Shown here piece by piece: positions 53,582 through 61,625 of a DNA stretch of 64,000 nt. Position numbers and translations under genes: made by a program. Origin of the DNA: a virus; the IMG/VR virus record IMGVR_UViG_3300012848_000031; one strand, written 5' to 3'. The notes beneath the pieces were generated by a model. That model was not told the DNA's origin. It did not search any database and saw nothing but the letters and a program-made list of their open reading frames with translations. Each line of letters starts with the position of its first letter. Position 1 is the stretch's first letter.

Positions 53582-55269
53582 CGACGAGGATCGATGTCGT
53601 CCGCGAACAGCTTGTTGCAGCCGCCTCAGAGGAATATGTCCTCGGCAGCCTGCTGGTCGACGCGGCAACCTGGGCCGCCGCCCGGGACCTGACACCCACC
53701 CACTTCGCCAGACCCGCTCACAGCACCATTTACGCGGCGATTGCCGATCGCGCGTCCGCCGGGCGAGAAGTGGATCCGGTCCTTGTAGCAGAAAGCCTCC
53801 AAGCTGATGGGCACCTCGAGGAAGTAGGCGGCCTCGGATACATCGGCGATCTTGCGCGCAACACGACCAGCACCGCGAACATCCTGAGCCACGTCGAAGT
53901 GCTGAAGGAGTACGCGCAACGCCGGTGCCTGGCGGATCTGGGAGACCTCATCGCGCGGCGCGCCAGGTCCGCCGCCGCGGAATCAGTCGATCAGATCGCG
54001 AAGGAGGCGCTGGAGAGCATCCGGACTCTCGCGCCAGCCGCCCCCCATTCAATTCAGGCGCTCTCTCTGACGACCGATGACCTGCTCGGCACGGTGGAAC
54101 CCGAGCGCATGCTGCTCCCGGGAATCCCCACTGAAGCGTACTCGCTGATCGCCGGCGCCCTAAGCTCCTACAAATCAACTCTCCTGATTTACCTCGCGCT
54201 CTGGCGCGCCACAGGCTTCGATCTGCTGGACCTCGACCCGGGAGGCTCTGGTGTCGATATCGGTCCGGTGATGCTCGTGTTCTACGAGGACTCGGATCGC
54301 AGGATGGTGAATCGCTTCCGGCGCATCACTCAGGCCGCCCACGCGCAGATCCGAGCCGTTCACGGAATCGCCGATGCCGACAGGTTCATCCGGTGCGCCG
54401 CCGCCAACATCCGCCGGGTGCCACTGACCGGCCAGGCCGGTGCTACGATCGTGCGGAGGGCCGAATCAACCTGCGTGCCCAACTTCGGTCTGATAGACGA
54501 ACTCAAGCGCGCCGCTCACACATTCACTCAGTCGGACCTTCTGCTCGCGCTCGACCCTCTGAGACTCGCCATCGTCGGCAGCCAGAACGACGATGACGGT
54601 GCGGACGTTGTGGTCCACACACTTAACCATATGGCCACGATGATGCCCAACTCCGGCCTCGCGGTCGCCTCACACACGACCAAAGCCGAAGCTCGGGAAC
54701 CGGCCGAAGGCTACACCGCCGCCGCCTACGCTACCTCGGGCTCGGCGCTCTACAGCCAGCACGCCCGCAGCAACTTCCTCATGTTTCGGCTGCGGCCCGA
54801 TGCCGCCGCGCCCTTCGCGCCCAACCTCTCCCCGGCAGAGCTCGCACGGCAACCGATCGCGAAGCTGATCCACGGGCGGCTTAGCCATGGCGCCGAGTCC
54901 GGTGAACGCGTGCTCCAAATGAAGGACGGCATTCTCGTGCCGCTCGCCACCCGCAAGGAGCCCGACACCGCGAGCAAGATGGTGGAGTTCGGGCACATCG
55001 TCGCCCAGGCCCTCGAACGTCTCGCCGCCAGCGGCGTGCGCGCCTCGGCAACGGCCCTACGCGAGGACCCGGAGATACGGCGCTACGGCGGGTCAGACGG
55101 CAAGGTGCGCCGCCTACTCTCGCTCCTGGAAGAGAACGGCTACCTCGTGTTCGAGGGCAAGACCAAGGATCGCGTCGGTACGCTCACGCCGAATGGGCGG
55201 GCAATCTTCGCAGCCACGAATCATCACGAAACCCACCAAGGAGGGGGTCGCACTCATGGCGCCGACTGA
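53578..55269 (+). CDS. DnaB N-terminal domain fused to RepA/AAA_25-type helicase
   Basis: E..VLGSLL...HF..PAH..IY.AI...VDPV.V...L....LEEVGGL.YI.DL; GALSSYKST, YED, LDPL, SHTTK. Confidence 0.75.
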   Translation: MTTRIDVVREQLVAAASEEYVLGSLLVDAATWAAARDLTPTHFARPAHSTIYAAIADRASAGREVDPVLVAESLQADGHLEEVGGLGYIGDLARNTTSTANILSHVEVLKEYAQRRCLADLGDLIARRARSAAAESVDQIAKEALESIRTLAPAAPHSIQALSLTTDDLLGTVEPERMLLPGIPTEAYSLIAGALSSYKSTLLIYLALWRATGFDLLDLDPGGSGVDIGPVMLVFYEDSDRRMVNRFRRITQAAHAQIRAVHGIADADRFIRCAAANIRRVPLTGQAGATIVRRAESTCVPNFGLIDELKRAAHTFTQSDLLLALDPLRLAIVGSQNDDDGADVVVHTLNHMATMMPNSGLAVASHTTKAEAREPAEGYTAAAYATSGSALYSQHARSNFLMFRLRPDAAAPFAPNLSPAELARQPIAKLIHGRLSHGAESGERVLQMKDGILVPLATRKEPDTASKMVEFGHIVAQALERLAASGVRASATALREDPEIRRYGGSDGKVRRLLSLLEENGYLVFEGKTKDRVGTLTPNGRAIFAATNHHETHQGGGRTHGAD

Positions 55270-55393
55270 GCATTTGATTCGTGATACGCCCCTAACGGGG
55301 GGATGTCGTCACGAATCGAATGACGACTCCCCCCGCTGTCCCCCGTTTCGTGGCGAATCACGAGTATCACGAATCATCACGAATGCCCACGAA
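55215..55393. repeat. CACGAA iteron cluster (putative origin)
   Basis: CACGAA at 55215, 55225, 55310, 55368, 55378, 55388; CACGAG at 55359; inverted at 55278, 55347. Confidence 0.75.
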
Positions 55394-55583
55394 AGGAGGA
55401 AAGACCCTGCGCTCCCGACTTTCTCGGCCGCCTAAAAAAGGGCACGCCCTCGCATCGCCCCAATCTTTCGCATGCTGTGTTCGTCGGCGTGCAGGGTCAG
55501 GTGGTAGCGGGGACCCGATTTGTACGCCTACGGAGGAAGTTCAGTTGAGTCAGAGAGTTGCTCGAAATCATCACTCCGGGCGG

Positions 55584-55766
55584 ATGTTCCCTTCGGTTCC
55601 CCTGGCCGTGACGAAGCGTGGCCGCCGCTGGGCGCAGTGCCCGGAGTGCACGGCGATCTGCGCGCGGATCCCGCCCGGCGCGATGGACCACGTGTGCACT
55701 CACTGCCAGGCCGCATTTACGCTCGTCGCGGACGGCCGTAGCGCGTCTAGCGAGGTGCAGGCGTGA
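55584..55766 (+). CDS. Zn-ribbon protein
   Basis: CPEC...CTHC. Confidence 0.55.
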   Translation: MFPSVPLAVTKRGRRWAQCPECTAICARIPPGAMDHVCTHCQAAFTLVADGRSASSEVQA

Positions 55767-55852
55767 TCGCCCTCGCTGTCATCGCGGTGCTCCTGATACT
55801 GGTGGAGGCCGGGGCAACGGTTGCCTTGGTCTGGGAGGCGTGGCGCTCATGA
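55763..55852 (+). CDS. Tiny hydrophobic peptide
   Basis: GTGA/ATGA coupling; 29 aa single TM. Confidence 0.35.
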   Translation: MIALAVIAVLLILVEAGATVALVWEAWRS

Positions 55853-56298
55853 CGCGCAAGGTCACCACACCGCCCCCCGGGCCGCTCGTTGCGATTCACG
55901 GCCTCAAGAAGCAGCCGCCAACGGATGCCGCAGCCCGGATCGAGGAGTACGCCGCCGACGGTTTTACCGTGCCAGGAATCGCCGGGAAGCTCGGGGTTGC
56001 CAAGAGCACCCTCCAGAACTGGATGCAGGAGAACGCGGAGCTTGCCGACGCGCTTTCGCGCGGGCGAGCGAAGGAGGAGCACGCCCTATCCAAGCGCCTG
56101 TATCGGATTGCCATGGAATCCGACGACAAGGCGGCCGTCACCGCCTGCATCTTCCTGCTGAAGGGGAAGTTCGGTTGGCGCGAGGGCGAGCGCCCCGAGG
56201 AAGGCAACCGGGTGAACATCACCTTCAATCTGCCCGGTGCAATGTCGCGCGAGGACTTCTTGAAGACAGTTGTGCCGGCGGAGGTGACCCGTGACTGA
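55849..56298 (+). CDS. Terminase small subunit-like HTH protein
   Basis: GIAGKLGVAKSTLQNW...LSRGR...L...A...A.IFLLKGKFGWRE; overlaps terL start. Confidence 0.7.
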   Translation: MTRKVTTPPPGPLVAIHGLKKQPPTDAAARIEEYAADGFTVPGIAGKLGVAKSTLQNWMQENAELADALSRGRAKEEHALSKRLYRIAMESDDKAAVTACIFLLKGKFGWREGERPEEGNRVNITFNLPGAMSREDFLKTVVPAEVTRD

Positions 56299-57706
56299 GC
56301 CGGCCACTCAGATGCGCCTCTCACCACTTCAGCAGCGCGTGCTCGGCCTGCCGGAGCTGTACGACCTCTTCCTGGGCGGCGGGCGTGGAGGCGCCAAGAC
56401 CTACACGCTGCTGCTGCTCGCCTTGCGGTTCGTCGCGCAGTACACCGACCGCGCGCGCGTGCTGTTGCTGAGATTGACTTACAAGGGGCTCGCCGATATC
56501 GAGCTGCAGAGCCGCATGCTATTCGCGGAGGTCTTCGGCACCGACGCGAGATACAACCAGGCGGAACACACCTGGAGACTCCCGAACGGCGGATATCTGG
56601 AGTTCGGGCAACTCGAATCCGCCGCCGACTACACAAAGTATCAGGGCAGAAACTTTGGTCTGCTGCTGGTCGATGAAGCCGGCCAGTACGCCTCCCCCGA
56701 TCTGCTCGACCTCGTGCGCTCCAACCTGCGCGGCCCGAAGGATGTGCCGACTCGTGTGGTGATGAGCGCGAATCCGGGCGGGCCTGGGCATCACTGGCTC
56801 GCGCGGCGCTACGTGTTTCGTGCGGCTCCCTGGACGCCGTTCCACGAAGAAAAATCGAAGCGAGAGTGGATCTACTGCCCGACCACTTACCTCGACAACC
56901 CGTTCATCGATGCCCAGCAGTATCGTGATCAGCTCGAAAGCGCCTGCCCCTCAGACCCCGAGCTTCTCCGCGCGTGGCTCGAAGGTGACTGGGCAGTTGC
57001 ACGTGGTGCGTACTTCGCCAAGACGCTCGAGGAGTCGCGCATTGCCGTCGGACCGTTCACGCCGGGCAAGCTGCCAACGACGCGTGAGATCCCCAAGGGC
57101 AAGCACTACGCCGAAAGCGTTCCATGGGACATCTGGCTTGCGCTCGACCACGGAAGCGCCGCGCCGTCCGTGTGCTACCTGATGGCACGGAGCCCTGGCG
57201 CAAGCTACGAAGACAAATTCTACCCGCGCGACTCCATTCTGGTCCTCGATGAGTACGCGATATATCGGCGGGATAACCTGAATTTGGGCCTCGGCTGGAC
57301 TGCAGCCCAGACTGCGGAAGCCATTGTCGAGTGGTGCAGGACGTGGCACGTGAAGCCGCGTGGAGTGGCGGACGATGCGTGCTTCAGCAGCACCGGCCAT
57401 AACACGACGATCGCGGATGAATACGCGCGGTGCGGCGTGACACTCGAACCTGCTCGCAAGGGCGACCGTGTGTCAGGTTGGCACCGGATGCGCCGGATGC
57501 TCGCCGATGCCGGCAAGCCCGATGTGCCCGGGCTCTACGTCTCACGCGGCTGCGAGTACTTCTGGTCGACGGTCCCTTACCTTGCCCGCGACTCGAAGCG
57601 AATAGAAGACGTCGACTCGAGCGGCCCCGACCACGGTGCTGACGCGCTTAGGTATGGGCTTCTCCGCGTCAAACACGTTACGCGAATCACGCCCCTCCAC
57701 ATCTGA
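56291..57706 (+). CDS. terL: Terminase large subunit
   Basis: GGRGGAKT, LVDEAGQY, SANPGGPGHHWL, DNPF, WLEGDW, LDHG, DHGADALRYG. Confidence 0.9.
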   Translation: MTEPATQMRLSPLQQRVLGLPELYDLFLGGGRGGAKTYTLLLLALRFVAQYTDRARVLLLRLTYKGLADIELQSRMLFAEVFGTDARYNQAEHTWRLPNGGYLEFGQLESAADYTKYQGRNFGLLLVDEAGQYASPDLLDLVRSNLRGPKDVPTRVVMSANPGGPGHHWLARRYVFRAAPWTPFHEEKSKREWIYCPTTYLDNPFIDAQQYRDQLESACPSDPELLRAWLEGDWAVARGAYFAKTLEESRIAVGPFTPGKLPTTREIPKGKHYAESVPWDIWLALDHGSAAPSVCYLMARSPGASYEDKFYPRDSILVLDEYAIYRRDNLNLGLGWTAAQTAEAIVEWCRTWHVKPRGVADDACFSSTGHNTTIADEYARCGVTLEPARKGDRVSGWHRMRRMLADAGKPDVPGLYVSRGCEYFWSTVPYLARDSKRIEDVDSSGPDHGADALRYGLLRVKHVTRITPLHI

Positions 57707-57729
57707 CAATCCACACGAAGGAACCGATC

Positions 57730-57924
57730 ATGAAACTGAAACCCATCGCAACCAACGACGCCGCCATGGCCGCCCAGTCGGTCGCGGATGTCCAACGCGC
57801 TCGCGAAGCGGTCACGCAGCGCGAAACGGCGACCCAGCGCTTGCGTGACGAGGGCGATCGAATCGCCGATCAGCGCGCCGCCATCAACCGCCACTATTAC
57901 GCCACGAACGGCGGTGCGAAATGA
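57730..57924 (+). CDS. Small coiled-coil protein
   Basis: AAGGAA RBS; ATGA-coupled downstream. Confidence 0.6.
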   Translation: MKLKPIATNDAAMAAQSVADVQRAREAVTQRETATQRLRDEGDRIADQRAAINRHYYATNGGAK

Positions 57925-58793
57925 CCGCCCGATTTCGATACATCGATGGCAACGGCATCGAACAACCACTCATCCGAAGTGACTGGACCTTCCCGACGGA
58001 TGATGGCGACTTCGCGACTTTGTACAACGTCGCGAAGTCCAGCGCCGAGTTGGTCACGCAGTTTCACGCGAAGCGCGCGGCGCTGGGCGTGAACATCACG
58101 CCGGCCGAGCAGGCGGAGGCCATCAGAAAAGGTCCCACCGCGCTGGACGAGCTCTATCGCGCGCGGCGCGCACTGGCGGAGCGCGCCCTCGCGTTCCTGA
58201 CCCTGGAGACGCTCGCGACGCGCGAAGGCGGCCCAGTCACTGGGCTGCGCGCGATCGAAATGAGCCTTCCGGTGCGTGCGCGGGGGCTGGCGAAGATCGA
58301 GCCCTGGAACCCACAAACCCTGGCTATTGATCGGTGGCTCCTCGATGTGCTGATGAGCAAAGGCGCCACGGAACGAACTCAGTTCATGCTCGAAATGAAG
58401 GACGGCCAGCACAGCGCGACAGCTCGTGCACTACTGCGGACCGCGGACGTGCCCGAGTTGCTCCCCCTGAAGCTCGCCGAGCCAGACCTCACGGCCATCA
58501 CGAACGCCGTCGCGAGGTGCGAGGCGCCGCAACAGATGGCCGCGCTCGATGAGCTGCACCACGCGGCCGTCGTCGCACGCGCCACCTGGAAGGCATCGGT
58601 CTCGCGGATCGCGGAGGCCTCCGGCCTCGAGCGCGAAGACCTTGCGAAGACGTTGGGCGCCTCGCTGGTTCGCTACGAACAGCCGGGCCACGACGGCCTC
58701 AATGACCCGCACTGGGCCGAGTTCATCGGGACGGGGCGAAGGAGAGAAAGCGCTCCAGCCCCAGCTAATGCCCTGTCCTTCATCGCTAACTAA
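57921..58793 (+). CDS. Unknown helical protein (290 aa)
   Basis: Intact ORF with coding codon bias; no family recognised. Confidence 0.75.
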   Translation: MTARFRYIDGNGIEQPLIRSDWTFPTDDGDFATLYNVAKSSAELVTQFHAKRAALGVNITPAEQAEAIRKGPTALDELYRARRALAERALAFLTLETLATREGGPVTGLRAIEMSLPVRARGLAKIEPWNPQTLAIDRWLLDVLMSKGATERTQFMLEMKDGQHSATARALLRTADVPELLPLKLAEPDLTAITNAVARCEAPQQMAALDELHHAAVVARATWKASVSRIAEASGLEREDLAKTLGASLVRYEQPGHDGLNDPHWAEFIGTGRRRESAPAPANALSFIAN

Positions 58794-58921
58794 TGCAAGA
58801 GGGCGTTTTACTCGTGAGTCACGCCAAGCAACGAAGCAACCGCGAGCGCCCGCGGGGCTGGTCTGGTTTCGTACCTACTCCGCCGCCCGCGGCGGGCAAT
58901 TATTAACGAGGAGATCATTAC

Positions 58922-60667
58922 ATGGCGGTAGCTTTCCCATCGTCCACCCAGACGGCGTCGTCCGATGCGGCTGGCGGCGGTTCGGTCAACGTCAACGTCA
59001 ACCCGCCGTCAGGCCTCACGACCGGCGATGTGTGGGCGATTGTCGCTGTGCTCGACCACGACTCCTCGACGATCGCTACGCCTTCCGGCTTCACGCCCGC
59101 GCACGCACAGCTCGACGGCACGCCAGGGTATCCCGGTGTCCGGACATACTGGAAGATTGCAGGCGACAGCGAGTCGGCCGTCAACGTCTCATCGAGCGGT
59201 GGTCAGAACTACGTTCTGTGGTGCGCCTCGGTCCGCATCACCGGCGCGAACACGGCGAATCCGATCGGCAACGTCGCGACGACCACGCCGACCGGAACGG
59301 GCACGACGCTCGGCGCGCCGAGCGTCACGATCCAGAACGCTGGCTCAGGCGCGCTGCTCATCTTGGCAGCCTCACCGCCCTCAGGCTCACTATCGATCAC
59401 GCAGCCGAGTGGCTCGACGATGCTGCAGGCACGTCATCAGGGGAACGACTTTCCGTCGGGCGCCGTGGCGTACGAGTTGCGCAACGCGGGCTCGTACTCG
59501 CCCGGTACCTGGTCACTCCATGGGGCCAACGTTGGCGAAGGTCGCATCGGCGTAACGATCGAGATTCTGCCGGCTGGAGGAGGCGGCGGCGGCTCCGCGC
59601 TCCCCATACTCATTGCGAACCATCGAGGTCGCCAAATGTTCGACATCGTCAAGAAGGGCTCCACCGATCGGTCGGTCAAGGTCCACATCATGGACGCTAC
59701 CTCTGGAGCGCCAGAGACAGGCACCGTATACAACACTTCGGGCCTCGATCTGTGGTATCGCCGCGAGGGCGGTGCACGCACGGCTATCACTGAAGCGACA
59801 CTCGCTTCTCTCACAGCCGCGCACGCCGATGGCGGGTTTCTGCACATTTCGGACGGCGACTATCGTCTCGACATGCCAGACGCCGCATATTCCACCGGAG
59901 CGAACTTCTTCGACTTCGGCGGTACCGTCACCGGCAAGATCGTAATCGGTGGCCGCGTACGACTGGTCGACATCGATCCCGAGGACACGATACGCGCCGG
60001 CCTCACCGCGCTTCCGAACGCGGTGGCCTCCGCCAGCGGCGGCCTCTTCACGCGCGGCTCCGGCGCAGGTCAGATCAATCAGGACGCGAACGGACGCATC
60101 GACGTCAACATCGTAGCCGTCAGCGAGGATGCGACGGCCGCGCAGAACCTCGAATCCTACTGCGATGGCACGACGCCGATTCCTGCCAACGTCACGCAGT
60201 TCGGTGGCTCGAACGGCACGTTTGCGAGCGGGCGGCCGGAGGTCAACGTTTCGCACTACGGCGGCTCGGCCGGCACGTTCTCCGGCGGCATCCCTGCGGT
60301 GAACACGGTGCAGTGGCGCGGCGTGCAGCCGAGCAACCTCGCGAGCGGCCGGGTTGATGCGACCGTAGGGGCCATGCAGTCGGCGGTCGTGACCGCAACG
60401 GCGATCGCCGAGGATGCGATCGGGGCAAGCGAACTGGCCACCGACGCCGTGACGGAGATCGTGAACGCGATCAAGGCGGCGGTCGTTGAGACGCAGGGCT
60501 CCATCACGCTGCAACAGGCGCTGTCGGTGATGCTCGCGGTGCTCGCCGGCGAAAGCGAGAACGGCGGCAACACGTTCCTGTCGCCCAACGGCGAGGCGAC
60601 GCGTGTCACCGCGACGACGAACGGCAACAAGGAACGTACGGCGATGTCGCTGACGCCGAGCTCGTAA
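58922..60667 (+). CDS. Two-part protein: N-terminal domain shared with 28430..30736, C-terminal domain of unknown function
   Basis: GAGGAG RBS; manual alignment; GGGGGGS linker. Confidence 0.85.
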   Translation: MAVAFPSSTQTASSDAAGGGSVNVNVNPPSGLTTGDVWAIVAVLDHDSSTIATPSGFTPAHAQLDGTPGYPGVRTYWKIAGDSESAVNVSSSGGQNYVLWCASVRITGANTANPIGNVATTTPTGTGTTLGAPSVTIQNAGSGALLILAASPPSGSLSITQPSGSTMLQARHQGNDFPSGAVAYELRNAGSYSPGTWSLHGANVGEGRIGVTIEILPAGGGGGGSALPILIANHRGRQMFDIVKKGSTDRSVKVHIMDATSGAPETGTVYNTSGLDLWYRREGGARTAITEATLASLTAAHADGGFLHISDGDYRLDMPDAAYSTGANFFDFGGTVTGKIVIGGRVRLVDIDPEDTIRAGLTALPNAVASASGGLFTRGSGAGQINQDANGRIDVNIVAVSEDATAAQNLESYCDGTTPIPANVTQFGGSNGTFASGRPEVNVSHYGGSAGTFSGGIPAVNTVQWRGVQPSNLASGRVDATVGAMQSAVVTATAIAEDAIGASELATDAVTEIVNAIKAAVVETQGSITLQQALSVMLAVLAGESENGGNTFLSPNGEATRVTATTNGNKERTAMSLTPSS

Positions 60668-61287
60668 TGAGCACGACCTCCTGGTCGATCGACTTGCGTG
60701 CCTGGGCCGAGGGCGTGAAGGCCGATATCGACACCGTGGTTCGGGAGGTCGCTCTCGAGCTGCTCACGCGGATCGTCATGCGCTCCCCGGTGGGCAATCC
60801 CGAGATCTGGGCCGCGAACGCCGAGGTGATGCGCCAACGCGCCTCGTACAACGACAACGTGGCGCGCACAAACTCGCTGATCGATGCGCATCCCGAATGG
60901 CGTCTGAAGTACGGGCGACTGAAGAAGCAACGCACCGCGAGTGCGCGAACGATCAACCGGAAACTGCCGCTGCCGACTGGCAAGGGCTACGTCGGCGGAC
61001 GTTTCAGAGCGAATTGGCGAGTATCGATCGGTGCGCCGGACACTCGCACGTATCCCGAGACCGTGCTCGATCCGACGGGCCAGATATCGATCGGCGCCGG
61101 CATCGATGCGCTCGGCACGTACCGAACTTCAGATGGCACGATTCACATCATGAATTCGCTTCCGTATGCGCAAGCCTTGGAGTTTCAAAGTCATTCCAAG
61201 CAGGCGCCGGCCGGCATGGTGAGAGTGACAATCGCGGAGGTCGCACAGGTGGTCGCCGCGAAGGTGAGAGAAGTTTCCAACACATAG
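60667..61287 (+). CDS. HK97 gp10-like tail-completion protein
   Basis: IVMRSPVG...GGRFRANW.VS.G.P...NSLPYA..LE...S.QAPAGMVR. Confidence 0.75.
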   Translation: MSTTSWSIDLRAWAEGVKADIDTVVREVALELLTRIVMRSPVGNPEIWAANAEVMRQRASYNDNVARTNSLIDAHPEWRLKYGRLKKQRTASARTINRKLPLPTGKGYVGGRFRANWRVSIGAPDTRTYPETVLDPTGQISIGAGIDALGTYRTSDGTIHIMNSLPYAQALEFQSHSKQAPAGMVRVTIAEVAQVVAAKVREVSNT

Positions 61288-61298
61288 GAGATTCAACG

Positions 61299-61604
61299 AT
61301 GACTTTTAGACTCAATGCAGACCCGACGTTCCTGGCTACGGTGAAAATCCCGAAGGCTGGCACCAAGCCCGAAGCAATAAATTTCACCTTCAAACACCGA
61401 AAAAAGGGCGAGTTCGACGCCTTCCTCAAGGGCGCCAAGGATCTACCCGACGTCGACTACATTTTTGAGATCGCGCTGGGCTGGGATCTCGATGACGAAT
61501 TCAACAGGGAGAATGTCGCTCGGCTCCTCGAGAACTATCACGGGGCCGCACAGGCCATCACGCTCACGTACGTGAGCGAGCTCAGCGGCACCTCGTTGTC
61601 CTAA
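61299..61604 (+). CDS. Tail assembly chaperone
   Basis: F.L...PTF...VKIP..G...I.FTFKHR...GWDL.DEF..ENV..LL.NY. Confidence 0.8.
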   Translation: MTFRLNADPTFLATVKIPKAGTKPEAINFTFKHRKKGEFDAFLKGAKDLPDVDYIFEIALGWDLDDEFNRENVARLLENYHGAAQAITLTYVSELSGTSLS

Positions 61605-61625
61605 CCCAGAAGGGGGCGCTCCGCC

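Noticed and set aside
58922-60667. Mis-assembly duplication explaining the shared domain
   Set aside because: The copies differ at about one third of residues and at many synonymous sites, and both are in intact ORFs.
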